Origin: Eubacteriales bacterium
GTDB lineage: Bacteria; Bacillota; Clostridia; Oscillospirales; JAAYXM01
Reading direction: 5' to 3'
Length of the DNA: 64,000 nt
Assembly: GCA_045580305.1 (NCBI GenBank)
Contig: JAZNNQ010000054.1
Location: forward strand, 46,371-110,370
Positions 20,355 through 28,854 of the stretch are shown here, in pieces. How positions within the stretch are numbered: position 1 is the stretch's first letter; each line of letters begins with the position of its first letter. Made by a program: the position numbers and the translations under genes. The notes under the pieces are model-generated. The model was not told the DNA's origin, ran no database searches, and saw only the letters and a list, made by a program, of their open reading frames with translations.

Positions 20355-21608
20355 TTATTCTCCATTTTCCTCTGCGGGCTTTATATAAACCTTAACTGTT
20401 TCCACGCGGTGGTTGTCTGTCTCCATAACGGTTATGGTTAAATTTTCATAATCAAAGGTATCGCCCTCGTTGGGGATACCGCCGAGCTGCTCCATAACCC
20501 AGCCGCCGAGGGAAACGCTTTCAAATTCGTCCTCGCGAATGTCAAAACGGTCGCAGAAATCTTCAAGGGCAACGGAGCAATTGACCAAATATGTGTTATC
20601 GGAGATCTGGTTATAATCCTCTTCAACCTCGTCGTGCTCATCCCAGATCTCGCCGACAAGCTCTTCTAAAATATCCTCCATAGTAACAATACCAAGGGTT
20701 CCGCCGTATTCGTCGACAACGATAGCCACATGGGATTTTGAGGACTGAAGAGTGCGGAGAAGATCGTCAACCTTTTCAGCCTGGTGAATAAATACCGGCG
20801 GGGTCATAAGCTCTTCTATGCTCTTTGGGGACATACCGGTGTCCTGATAGAAATCCTTAAGGTGGATAATACCCACGATTTTATCCATCGTGCCCTCGTA
20901 AACGAGAAGGCGGGAATAGCGTGTGGAAGTAAACTTTTCAGCCACGGTTTCCTTAGAATCAGTAATATCGACGCCCTCAAGATCCACGCGGTGGGTCAAG
21001 ATACTCTGAACATCAATGTCGCCAAATTCAACCGCATTGTGAATAAGCTCGCTTTCGGTTTCGTCGATTGTTCCTTCCTGCTCTACCTCATCAAGAAGCA
21101 GTAACAGCTCTTCTTGAGACATTTTATTGTCATCTTCAACTTTAAAAATGCGGGAAATAAGCTTTTTCCACGCGGAAAAGATGAAATTAAGCGGAAGTAA
21201 AAGTTTAATTAAGAAATTAATTAGCGGCGCGGAGAACATAGCAAATTTCTCGGGGAAGTCTTTTGCGATGCTCTTCGGGGTGATTTCGCCAAAAATTAAA
21301 ACAATAACCGTTACAACTATCGTTGAAAGAGTAGCCGCATTTTCGAAATTAGGAAGCAAGTCCATAACAAAAAGAAGCGTGCCAACTGATGCAAGAGAAA
21401 TATTAACAATATTATTTCCTATAAGAATTGTGGAAATAAGTCTGTCATAATCCTCGGCCAGACGAAGGGTGAGAGCCGCGCGCTTGTTGCCCTTTTCAGC
21501 AAGCGCCTTGAAGCGCGTTTTGTTAGCTGAGGAAAAGGCGGTTTCCGTAGCGGAAAAATATGCGGAAAAGATAACACATATTATCATAATTACAATTTTA
21601 CTTATCAT
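20355..21608 (-). CDS. CNNM/HlyC/CorC-family transporter (DUF21, CBS pair and CorC_HlyC domains)
   Basis: 417 aa with N-terminal TM helices, a CBS-pair region and the C-terminal CorC/HlyC transporter-associated domain. Confidence 0.85.
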   Translation of the reverse strand: MISKIVIMIICVIFSAYFSATETAFSSANKTRFKALAEKGNKRAALTLRLAEDYDRLISTILIGNNIVNISLASVGTLLFVMDLLPNFENAATLSTIVVTVIVLIFGEITPKSIAKDFPEKFAMFSAPLINFLIKLLLPLNFIFSAWKKLISRIFKVEDDNKMSQEELLLLLDEVEQEGTIDETESELIHNAVEFGDIDVQSILTHRVDLEGVDITDSKETVAEKFTSTRYSRLLVYEGTMDKIVGIIHLKDFYQDTGMSPKSIEELMTPPVFIHQAEKVDDLLRTLQSSKSHVAIVVDEYGGTLGIVTMEDILEELVGEIWDEHDEVEEDYNQISDNTYLVNCSVALEDFCDRFDIREDEFESVSLGGWVMEQLGGIPNEGDTFDYENLTITVMETDNHRVETVKVYIKPAEENGE

Positions 21609-21803
21609 TTTATAAATCTCCCGGACAGTTATTTTTTACATACAGACGCAAAAAAGACATACTACTCCCTTAAAACAGGTACAAGTATGTCGTAATAACT
21701 TAAAATATTAGGTCGCCCGGCATCGCCGCAACTGTCCATTTGAGTATTTCACCATCCTTTAACATATTGGCACAATTATATAATATTTATATATAATTGT
21801 CAA
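21609..21803 (-). promoter_or_regulatory. Consensus promoter plus a roughly 160-nt structured leader with an intrinsic terminator, upstream of the CNNM/CorC gene
   Basis: On the minus strand: TTGACA (21798-21803), 17 nt, TATAAT (21775-21780). A hairpin GACATACT/AGTATGTC (21656-21691) is followed by six U. An 8-bp long-range pair GGACAGUU/AACUGUCC (21730-21737 with 21623-30) abuts the GGGAG RBS. Confidence 0.6.
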
Positions 21804-21828
21804 GCATGAGAGAAAGTTTGCCTTCTCA

Positions 21829-21847
21829 AGGTTCGAGTCCTGCCACA
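21829..21847 (+). repeat. tRNA T-arm/acceptor-like fragment with no 5' half
   Basis: AGGTTCGAGTCCTG (21829-21842) is identical to the T-arm of the tRNA-Pro at 22086-22162 but lies in the opposite orientation. There is no cloverleaf upstream. Confidence 0.5.
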
Positions 21848-21856
21848 TACTAAATC

Positions 21857-21894
21857 AAAAAAACCGCATACCCCCAAAGGGTATACGGTTTTTT
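21857..21894. terminator. Bidirectional terminator-like hairpin between two tRNA fragments
   Basis: Stem ACCGCATACCC/GGGTATACGGT (one mismatch), with an A-run before and a T-run after. Confidence 0.6.
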
Positions 21895-21911
21895 GGTCAA
21901 GGTGACAGGAC
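21891..21911 (-). repeat. Direct duplicate of the tRNA-Pro 3' end
   Basis: TTTTGGTCAAGGTGACAGGAC differs from 22083-22103 (TTTTGGTCGAGGTGACAGGAC) at one position. The copies are 192 bp apart. Confidence 0.8.
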
Positions 21912-22030
21912 AAAGCCGCTACTTACAGCGATTTGCCGAATGGCATAAATCGCTATCTTCTAAGGGGGTGACAGTAGATTTTCAGAGCATAGCGGAGAAA
22001 ATCTATGTCAAGAGGGGGAAAATCCCCCTA

Positions 22031-22084
22031 TGAAAAAATCGCGATACGCAAACTGATGATAACATCAATTCACATATCGCGATT
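22031..22084 (-). terminator. Terminator after tRNA-Pro
   Basis: 10-bp outer stem AATCGCGATA/TATCGCGATT with an inner 5-bp stem, followed on the minus strand by a run of six U. Confidence 0.6.
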
Positions 22085-22085
22085 T

Positions 22086-22162
22086 TGGTCGAGGTGACAG
22101 GACTCGAACCTGCGGCATCTTGGTCCCAAACCAAGCACTCTACCAAACTGAGCTACACCTCG
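22086..22162 (-). tRNA. tRNA-Pro (anticodon UGG), CCA encoded
   Basis: I folded the reverse complement CGAGGTGTAGCTCAGTTTGGTAGAGTGCTTGGTTTGGGACCAAGATGCCGCAGGTTCGAGTCCTGTCACCTCGACCA by hand. The acceptor stem has 7 perfect pairs and the anticodon loop is TTTGGGA. Confidence 0.92.
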
Positions 22163-22183
22163 CTGCTTTGTTGCGCTCAAATT

Positions 22184-22212
22184 ATTATATCAGCCTTTTA
22201 ATCCTTTGGCAA
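22184..22212 (-). promoter_or_regulatory. Promoter for tRNA-Pro
   Basis: On the minus strand: TTGCCA (22207-22212), 17 nt, TATAAT (22184-22189). Confidence 0.65.
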
Positions 22213-22242
22213 GGGAAATTTTAAAACAGATAAATTTTATTG

Positions 22243-22271
22243 TTGCGAAAAGGACAGATTTATATTATACT
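22243..22271 (+). promoter_or_regulatory. Promoter for SRP RNA
   Basis: TTGCGA (22243-22248), 17 nt, TATACT (22266-22271). Confidence 0.6.
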
Positions 22272-22289
22272 AATAAAGTAATTGAATTT

Positions 22290-22582
22290 GACCTATGGCA
22301 AGGTCGCACTAGTCGGGGAGTTAGCGGTGCCTTGCACCTGCAATCCGCTTTAGCAGGGATGAATTCCACCCCGAGGGTATTGGATGTGTAGCCGGAGTAT
22401 GCAAGTGGTGATGAAGGAATCGGTCCCACGCAACGGTGCTCCGTGAACCATGTCAGGCGGGGAACCGAGCAGCATTAAGCGGTAAGTTCCCGTGTGTCGT
22501 GGGAGCACCGGTTTCGAGCTAACTGCATAAATACCGTGCATATCCACTGCACGACGGGTGGTGTGCGGCCTTGCGATAGGTC
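22290..22582 (+). ncRNA. ffs: Signal recognition particle RNA, long Bacillus/Clostridium type with an Alu domain
   Basis: The conserved domain IV motif GTCAGGCGGGGAACCGAGCAGC is at 22452-22473. The 5' end GACCTATGGCAAGGTCGC pairs with the 3' end GCGGCCTTGCGATAGGTC. It lies immediately upstream of dnaX as in B. subtilis. The exact ends are uncertain by about 10 nt. Confidence 0.8.
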
Positions 22583-22606
22583 AAGTTTTTAAGGAGGTGT
22601 TTTTCC

Positions 22607-24214
22607 GTGTATCAGGCGCTATATCGTAAATGGCGACCCCAGGCATTTTCTGATGTTGTGGGTCAGAATGCCATCTGTGAAACAATCAAGACTCAGATAG
22701 AAAACGGCCGTCTCGGTCACGCATATCTTTTTGCAGGCTCCCGCGGTACGGGAAAAACCACCTGCGCTAAAATTCTGGCCAAGGCAATCAACTGCGAGCA
22801 TCCGATTAACGGCGATCCTTGTAATGAGTGTGCCACCTGCCGCGGCATTACCTCGGGCGAGATTTTAGATGTAGTGGAGATTGACGCGGCATCCAACAAC
22901 GGTGTTGACGGTGTTCGTGAGCTTCGCGATGAGGCGGTGTATTCCCCGGCAAGTGCCAGCAAGCGCGTCTACATCATAGACGAGGTGCATATGTTCTCCA
23001 ACAGCGCGTTTAACGCGCTGCTCAAAATCCTTGAGGAGCCGCCGGCTCATGTGCTGTTTATTTTAGCGACAACCGAGCTCCACAAGGTTCCGGCAACCAT
23101 TCTCTCCCGTTGCCAGCGGTTTACCTTTAAGAGAATTGACGCAAACGACATAAAAGACCGCCTTTCCTACATCGCAGGGCAGGAGAATATTGCGGCTGAG
23201 GACTCTGCCCTTGAATTTATCGCACGCCTGTCTGACGGCGGTATGCGCGATGCGCTCTCTATTTTTGAGCAGTGTGCCGCATACGGTAAGGCAAGCATCA
23301 CCATCGACACTGTAGAGCAGGTAGTGGGCCTTGCGGGCAGCAGTGCAATGACAGAGCTTGTTGATGCCATCTGCGAAATGAACAGCGGCCGTGCAATTGA
23401 GATATTATCCGAGCTGTATAACGGCGGTCGTGATCTGATCTCGGTGCTGGGTGAATTGTCGGCATATCTTCGGGATCTGTTAGTGGTAAAAGTGGCAGGA
23501 GATAGCGGAATTAACCGTATGAATCTGTCTCTCGACACAGCGACACTTGAAAAACATTTACAAAAATTCGGAAATAATCGCTTAATTTCTATGCTTTCTA
23601 CAATTTCGGATACTTTATCACAGATTGGTGCCAGCGCAAACAAGCGAATTGATGCAGAAATATGTATTATCCGTCTCTGCACCGGCGCGGGCAAAAATGA
23701 CGAAAGTGCTCTGCTGCAACGGATTGAGGCGCTGGAGCGCGCAATTGAAAATGGTGCGGTATCGCAACCGCCAAAAAGACAAATTACCGAAAATAAGCCT
23801 GTGACAAAACCTGTGGAAAATGTGGAAAAGCCAGTTGCCCCTAAGGAAAAAGAAGAAGCAAAGCAGGAAAAAGAGTGTCCTCAACCGACGGACATAGCGC
23901 CTTGCGAGTTCAACTGGCAGGCGGTGCTTGAGGCAGCAAAAGGCGAGCTGTCGCCGGGCATTGTACCGCTTCTGCGCAGCTTTAAGGCAAAGGTTGCGGA
24001 CACGCAAATTTTACTTATCACAGATAATCCCCTGGCCAAGAATATATTAAATCACCGTGAGCAGGTTTCCGTATTAGAGCGCGCGGCCGAGAAGGTCTGC
24101 GGCAAGAAACTTCGCATCACAATAGATGACGGAAAAGGCAGCGGCGATCAGGAGGATGAGTTCTCCAAACTTTGCGGAAGGCTTTCAGGAAATGATAATA
24201 TTACAATAATTTAG
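22607..24214 (+). CDS. dnaX: DNA polymerase III subunits gamma/tau
   Basis: 535 aa, GTG start with GGAGG upstream, Walker A GSRGTGKTTCAKILAKA, a zinc module CNECATC and the SRC motif LSRCQRF. Confidence 0.95.
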   Translation: MYQALYRKWRPQAFSDVVGQNAICETIKTQIENGRLGHAYLFAGSRGTGKTTCAKILAKAINCEHPINGDPCNECATCRGITSGEILDVVEIDAASNNGVDGVRELRDEAVYSPASASKRVYIIDEVHMFSNSAFNALLKILEEPPAHVLFILATTELHKVPATILSRCQRFTFKRIDANDIKDRLSYIAGQENIAAEDSALEFIARLSDGGMRDALSIFEQCAAYGKASITIDTVEQVVGLAGSSAMTELVDAICEMNSGRAIEILSELYNGGRDLISVLGELSAYLRDLLVVKVAGDSGINRMNLSLDTATLEKHLQKFGNNRLISMLSTISDTLSQIGASANKRIDAEICIIRLCTGAGKNDESALLQRIEALERAIENGAVSQPPKRQITENKPVTKPVENVEKPVAPKEKEEAKQEKECPQPTDIAPCEFNWQAVLEAAKGELSPGIVPLLRSFKAKVADTQILLITDNPLAKNILNHREQVSVLERAAEKVCGKKLRITIDDGKGSGDQEDEFSKLCGRLSGNDNITII

Positions 24215-24226
24215 GAGGAAGACACT

Positions 24227-24568
24227 ATGAAAAGAGGATTTCCCGGCGGAATGGGCGGCGGTATGAATATGAATATGATAAAGCAGGCCCAGAAGATGCA
24301 GCAGGATATGCTTAAGATGCAGGAAGAGCTTGAGGAAAAGACCTACACTGCGGCTGCAGGCGGAGGTGCAGTTGAGGCTACCGTTAACGGTAAGAACAAG
24401 GTTATCGCGCTCAATATCGACCCTGAGGTTGTTGATCCTGAGGATGTTGAGATGCTCCAGGATTTAATCATTGCTGCAATCAGCGAAGCAATGCGTGCGG
24501 CTGAGGATGCAACTGCCGCTGAAATGAAGAAAATTACCGGCGGTATGGGTATCCCCGGCTTATTCTAA
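24227..24568 (+). CDS. ybaB: Nucleoid-associated protein YbaB/EbfC
   Basis: 113 aa in the conserved dnaX-ybaB-recR order, with the typical [12 protein letters not shown] helix. Confidence 0.9.
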   Translation: MKRGFPGGMGGGMNMNMIKQAQKMQQDMLKMQEELEEKTYTAAAGGGAVEATVNGKNKVIALNIDPEVVDPEDVEMLQDLIIAAISEAMRAAEDATAAEMKKITGGMGIPGLF

Positions 24569-24583
24569 TAGGAGGGTCTGAGT

Positions 24584-25186
24584 GTGCGATTTTTCACACA
24601 GCCTGTTGAAAATTTAATTGAACAATTCCAAAAACTACCCGGTATTGGTCGAAAAACAGCTCAAAGACTTGCATTTTTCGTGTTGAATTTGCCTGCAAGC
24701 GAGGCGGAAGCCTTCGCGAATGCGATTACAGACGCGAAAAAGAATGTTAAGTTCTGCAAAATGTGTCAGAATTTAACCGACGCCGAGGTCTGCAATATCT
24801 GCTCGGATAATGGGCGCGACAAGAAGACCATTTGCGTGGTGTGTGACCCCAAGGATGTTATGGCAATTGAAAAAACCCGTGAGTACCGCGGTCTTTACCA
24901 TGTGCTGCACGGTTGCATTTCGCCAATGAACAACATCGGCCCTGATGATATTCGTGTTAAGGAGCTTTTGGAGCGGGTTGCAGCTGAGGATATTGAAGAA
25001 ATTATAATGGCAACAAACCCGGACACCGAGGGGGAGGCTACGGCTATGTACATAACCCGTCTGCTAAAACCCTTTAATATCAAAATAACCCGCCTGGCAT
25101 ACGGTATTCCCGTGGGCGGGCATCTTGAATTTGCTGATGAAATCACATTGACCCGCGCCCTTGAGGGCAGACGAGAAATGTTATAA
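24584..25186 (+). CDS. recR: Recombination protein RecR
   Basis: 200 aa with an HhH (LPGIGRKTAQRLAF), a C4 zinc finger (CKMCQNL...CNIC) and a Toprim domain. Confidence 0.95.
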   Translation: MRFFTQPVENLIEQFQKLPGIGRKTAQRLAFFVLNLPASEAEAFANAITDAKKNVKFCKMCQNLTDAEVCNICSDNGRDKKTICVVCDPKDVMAIEKTREYRGLYHVLHGCISPMNNIGPDDIRVKELLERVAAEDIEEIIMATNPDTEGEATAMYITRLLKPFNIKITRLAYGIPVGGHLEFADEITLTRALEGRREML

Positions 25187-25216
25187 AAAAAGAGCGCCGG
25201 CGGCGCTCTTTTTTTA
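25184..25216. terminator. Bidirectional intrinsic terminator
   Basis: GC-rich 8-bp stem AGAGCGCC/GGCGCTCT flanked by A7 and T7. It lies between convergent recR and the 25214 gene. Confidence 0.85.
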
Positions 25217-25705
25217 TTGTAATTTAGTTTTGATTTTGAACTTATCCACAAGGAAAGCAAGCCCGACAAACAGGATCACATTTGCCGCAGCACCTACTGC
25301 TGAAACCGCGAGGGTGGGGAAATGGCCGGTAAAGGTTTCGGAAAGAAGCATATTAAAGAAGAAGGGACCACAGCTAAAGAGTACAAAACTCATAACAGTA
25401 CCAATTGCTGTGCGCGAGGTAAGTAATTTTTCCTCATCGTCCATGAACCAGCAAGCAGCCAGTACACGGAAAGCGGTGATTGCGATAAGCGCGTGCCAGC
25501 CGCCGACTAAATATGCAACAACACCGCTGCCGAGAAGTGCGGCAAGCATAGCCCAACCGGTGGGAAGGAAGCAAGCTGCCAGCATAACGAAGGCATCACC
25601 AAGGGAAACAAAGGTTTCGTTTGCTTCTTTTTTTGTTAAAAATGAAACCACAAAAATAATTACCGCGAAAATCAAAGACATTAAAAAATTTTTCTTGTTT
25701 GTCAT
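25214..25705 (-). CDS. Small 5-6 TM membrane protein, a candidate ECF-type vitamin B6 S component (PdxU-like by context)
   Basis: 163 aa and hydrophobic throughout. Its start is 2 nt after the pdxK stop, with AGGAG inside the pdxK 3' end. The family call rests on gene context only. Confidence 0.45.
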   Translation of the reverse strand: MTNKKNFLMSLIFAVIIFVVSFLTKKEANETFVSLGDAFVMLAACFLPTGWAMLAALLGSGVVAYLVGGWHALIAITAFRVLAACWFMDDEEKLLTSRTAIGTVMSFVLFSCGPFFFNMLLSETFTGHFPTLAVSAVGAAANVILFVGLAFLVDKFKIKTKLQ

Positions 25706-25707
25706 TT

Positions 25708-26538
25708 CTAAATCTCCTTTAAAAACGGCTCAAAAGCAACACCGTCTAACGGGTGCACGCCCATCTTGTGGGAATAATCGAGAGCCTTTGTTAAAATATT
25801 CTGTGTTTTTTCAAGGGCGTCCTTGTGAGGCACGCCGCGGGTCAGATATCCGCAGAGCAGGGATGCAAAAAGATCGCCCGTGCCGCAATATTCCTGTGCA
25901 ACGAAGGGGGACGAGGTGTAAAAACGCTCATCATCGTCAACGCTTCGCACGAAGTTGTACATAACTCCATTTGTACGGATACCCGTGATTACAACGGTTT
26001 TCGGGCCCATTTCAAGAAGCTTTTCCGCAATTTCAAAGATTTTATCGTGATCCGCCTCGGTCACATTTTCGATATATGGCGTGTTCGATAAAATGCAAGC
26101 CTCGGTCAAATTCGGGGTTATAATGTCCGCGTGGCGCACCAGCTCGCCCATAGCGTTGCAAAGTGCAAGGTCGCAGGTGGTGTAGCGCTTACCATTATCA
26201 CCCATCACCGGATCCACAAAGAGAAGAGTGTCTTCCTTCTTAAAGCGGGAAATAAAGTCCAGGATGAGAGAGACCTGTTTTTTACTTCCTAAAAATCCGG
26301 TATAAATGGAATTAAAGTGAAGATTGAGAGCATCCCACTTCTCATAGTAGGATCTCATTCTGTCGCTATAATCTTCAAAATAGAAATCACTATATCCGGT
26401 ATGATTTGATAAAATTGCGGTGGGTACCGGGCACGCTTGAATTCCAAGAGCCGAAATGACCGGCAGGGCCACGGTAAGTGAGCATCGGCCAAAGCCGGAA
26501 AGATCATTAATCACCGCACATTTTAAAAGGTCTTGCAT
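25708..26538 (-). CDS. pdxK: Pyridoxal/pyridoxine/pyridoxamine kinase
   Basis: Ribokinase-fold PdxK/PdxY-like sequence (VINDLSGFGRCSLTVALPVISALG..., C-terminal GTGDLFASLL). I prefer the ATG at 26538 on RBS spacing; the ORF track starts at 26556. Confidence 0.8.
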   Translation of the reverse strand: MQDLLKCAVINDLSGFGRCSLTVALPVISALGIQACPVPTAILSNHTGYSDFYFEDYSDRMRSYYEKWDALNLHFNSIYTGFLGSKKQVSLILDFISRFKKEDTLLFVDPVMGDNGKRYTTCDLALCNAMGELVRHADIITPNLTEACILSNTPYIENVTEADHDKIFEIAEKLLEMGPKTVVITGIRTNGVMYNFVRSVDDDERFYTSSPFVAQEYCGTGDLFASLLCGYLTRGVPHKDALEKTQNILTKALDYSHKMGVHPLDGVAFEPFLKEI

Positions 26539-26631
26539 CAAAAACATTCCTTTCAAAATCGGATACTAATATTATACATAAAAAATGACAAAAAGAAAAG
26601 ACCTTAGGAGCAATTTCCTAAGGTCTTGTTT

Positions 26632-28245
26632 TTAATCGATATAGCGCCAGGGGTTTACATGCTTACCGTTAACGCGGATCTCAAAGTGCACATGGGGGCC
26701 GGAACTGTTGCCGGTACTGCCCACCTTGGCGATCTGCTCACCCTTGCCAACCTTGTCACCGCGGGAAACCAGAAGCTTTGAGTTGTGTGCGTAGTAGGTC
26801 TGCATTCCGTTGCCGTGGTTGATGATTACAAGATATCCGTAACCACCCTTCCAACCGGAGAAGGAAACCGTACCGCCGTCGGAAGCGTAAACCGGACTGC
26901 CGTGTGCAAGAGCAAAGTCAACACCGGTGTGAAAGCCACTTCTGCGATAACCGTAGTTAGAGGTAATAGTTGACGCACCGGTAGGACGACGGAAGGTGCC
27001 GGTAGCCGCTTTTTTGGGAAGGGGCTTGGTACCGACCAGAACAACCTTTGTTACCGGCTGACTGGTAACCGTTTCGCTGATAACTATGCGCTCGGTAACC
27101 TCGCCATCAACATAGGTCACATCGGCAACAACCTGCTTACTTCCCGCAACACCGTTTGTTTTAACGGATTTCTTGCCGACATAAAGTGAAGAGTCCTTGA
27201 TTTCCTGGGTCTCATAGGGGATGGAGACGGTTTCGGTAACATGATGGTACTGCTTTACGGAAACAATAGGAGATGCCTTTACAACAACAAGTTCCTCACC
27301 AACGGTAAGGTCGGTTGTATCGATCTCCGGATTAAGCTCGCGAAGCTCTGCCCTGGTCATACCGTAAGCATTGCAAATACTGCGCGCGGTCTGACCGGAG
27401 GCAACCACATGGGTGGTATGCTTGCTCTGATATCTTTTAAGACGAGCGGCAAGTTCTTCGGGGGTACAAAGATCAGCTGCGTCTACCGCGTCGTAAGAGA
27501 TTTTAACCTCGTTTAAGATTTCCTTTCTGATATTGGCATCATCAGAGTGGGTTAAAAGGGCAACCGCCTGTTTCGCAGCCCCTTCAGTGGTGCAGGCACC
27601 GATTGTCTTGCCGTCAACTGATACGGTGTAAAGCTGTTCAATACCCTCGATCTTGGAATAAAGCACGCTCTCCAAGGTTTCGCCTTCAAGAATCTTATCC
27701 CTTGCGACAACTCCGAAGGAGAAGGCAACATTGGGACTTACCGAATGGGGCTGACCCATAATCTTACTAACACGGGTCTGTACATTGGTAACGCTTTCGT
27801 TATAATCCTCCTGGCTGATAACATAGCCTAAGGACTCACCGTCAATGATTACTTCGATACCGAAGCTGTAAAACGCGGAGGAGAAAAGAAAAACTACAAT
27901 TCCCGCAAGAAGCGCGATACCGGTAAGGCGTTGTGCACGCGCCTTGGCAATTTTCGCAGCCAGCTGATGCGCAGAGCACATAATGATATGTTTTCGGGAT
28001 ATATAGAACTTCTCAGCCGCGGAAAAAACAGCTAAAAGAAAAATAGCAACGGGAACAAAAACATTTTTACGAAGCTTCGGCCAAACCACCGCACATAAAA
28101 AGGCGACCATAGCGGCAAAGACCGTTGTAATACGGTTAAGACCGCCGCGCAACGCAGAGCGCGCAGAAGCTTTTACGGGGACGCTTGCGGGGGCAACTTC
28201 CACCGCCGCTTCGTTATGAGTTTCTTGTGCCACTAAATTCACCAC
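26632..28245 (-). CDS. Membrane-anchored M23 family metallopeptidase with LysM and G5-like domains
   Basis: The C-terminus carries HTGVDF...HVHFE (M23). There is a LysM-like segment (VASGQTARSICNAYGMTRAELRELNP) and a G5-like segment before the catalytic domain. The start codon is uncertain (GTG at 28245, weak RBS). Confidence 0.8.
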   Translation of the reverse strand: MVNLVAQETHNEAAVEVAPASVPVKASARSALRGGLNRITTVFAAMVAFLCAVVWPKLRKNVFVPVAIFLLAVFSAAEKFYISRKHIIMCSAHQLAAKIAKARAQRLTGIALLAGIVVFLFSSAFYSFGIEVIIDGESLGYVISQEDYNESVTNVQTRVSKIMGQPHSVSPNVAFSFGVVARDKILEGETLESVLYSKIEGIEQLYTVSVDGKTIGACTTEGAAKQAVALLTHSDDANIRKEILNEVKISYDAVDAADLCTPEELAARLKRYQSKHTTHVVASGQTARSICNAYGMTRAELRELNPEIDTTDLTVGEELVVVKASPIVSVKQYHHVTETVSIPYETQEIKDSSLYVGKKSVKTNGVAGSKQVVADVTYVDGEVTERIVISETVTSQPVTKVVLVGTKPLPKKAATGTFRRPTGASTITSNYGYRRSGFHTGVDFALAHGSPVYASDGGTVSFSGWKGGYGYLVIINHGNGMQTYYAHNSKLLVSRGDKVGKGEQIAKVGSTGNSSGPHVHFEIRVNGKHVNPWRYID

Positions 28246-28367
28246 ACTTAATAAAAGTTACAAAGAGTTACAAACTAATTACATAATACTACGAACCATA
28301 TAAAAAGTCAAGTAAATACCATAAAAAATAAAAAGGATTTTCCGAAAAAATCGAAAAATCCTTATAT

Positions 28368-28853
28368 TTATTTCCAAAAGTTACGGTATTTATCAAGCAT
28401 AAGGGTGTAGTGAATGAGCATATCACACACTTTTTCGTCCTGAAGAAGAACGGTAAAGGCACGATGTACAGCGTCAAAAAACTTCTCCTCAACCGCTTTT
28501 GCCGCAAGAAGGGGGCAGGAAATCTTTGCCCGGGGATCCTCCACAATCTTAAGAACTCCGTCGCGATAGTCGGGCGCTAAAGGGAAAATTCTGCAGGAAA
28601 GTGGTCGGCAGGGGCGCTTGCAGCGACCGTTACAGGTGGTGAAGAGAGCGGGATGTTCGTTTATCGTGGTGTCCTTTATAGGGAAACCGTAGTGAGTCAG
28701 CAATTTTTCCTCACCGGGGAAAACGACCATACCCATTGTTTCGTCGCCTTGACAGCATTTAGCGCCGCAAAGCATTCCGCAATCGGCAGATATCGGAGTC
28801 ATCGGGCCGATTTCCGAATATGCCTTGTTGTACAGATCAAAATAATGCTTCAT
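28368..28853 (-). CDS. YkgJ-family (CxxCxxCC) zinc/iron-chelating domain protein
   Basis: Cysteine cluster CGMLCGAKCCQGD. I chose the ATG at 28853 (MKHYFDLY...), 1 nt after the asnA stop; the longer ORF-track start would overlap asnA. Confidence 0.6.
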   Translation of the reverse strand: MKHYFDLYNKAYSEIGPMTPISADCGMLCGAKCCQGDETMGMVVFPGEEKLLTHYGFPIKDTTINEHPALFTTCNGRCKRPCRPLSCRIFPLAPDYRDGVLKIVEDPRAKISCPLLAAKAVEEKFFDAVHRAFTVLLQDEKVCDMLIHYTLMLDKYRNFWK

Positions 28854-28854
28854 A

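Noticed and set aside
21609-21775. Assignment of the CNNM/CorC leader to the M-box or yybP-ykoY riboswitch class
   Set aside because: GACAUAC and GGGAGUAG strings are present but in the reverse order to the yybP-ykoY consensus. I could not find M-box core motifs. I left the leader unassigned.
22206-22547. Two short ORFs (22206-22391 plus strand, 22350-22547 minus strand)
   Set aside because: They overlap the SRP RNA gene, whose conserved domain IV motif and terminal pairing explain this region better.
22669-22684. Half parS match TGCCATCTGTGAAACA inside dnaX
   Set aside because: Only the right half-site matches the consensus. The left arm is unrelated.
23167-23694. 175-aa minus-strand ORF inside dnaX, plus the 129-aa ORF at 23618-24007
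   Set aside because: Both are antisense to the strongly supported dnaX coding frame and have no motifs. They are shadow ORFs.
22607-24214. Programmed -1 frameshift site in dnaX (A AAA AAG type)
   Set aside because: I found no A AAA AAG heptamer with a downstream hairpin in the gene. A single full-length product is assumed.
25161-25964. 267-aa plus-strand ORF
   Set aside because: It is entirely antisense to two well-supported minus-strand genes (the small membrane protein and pdxK). The sequence is low-complexity and rich in Ala, Arg and Lys, with no RBS. This is a typical shadow ORF.
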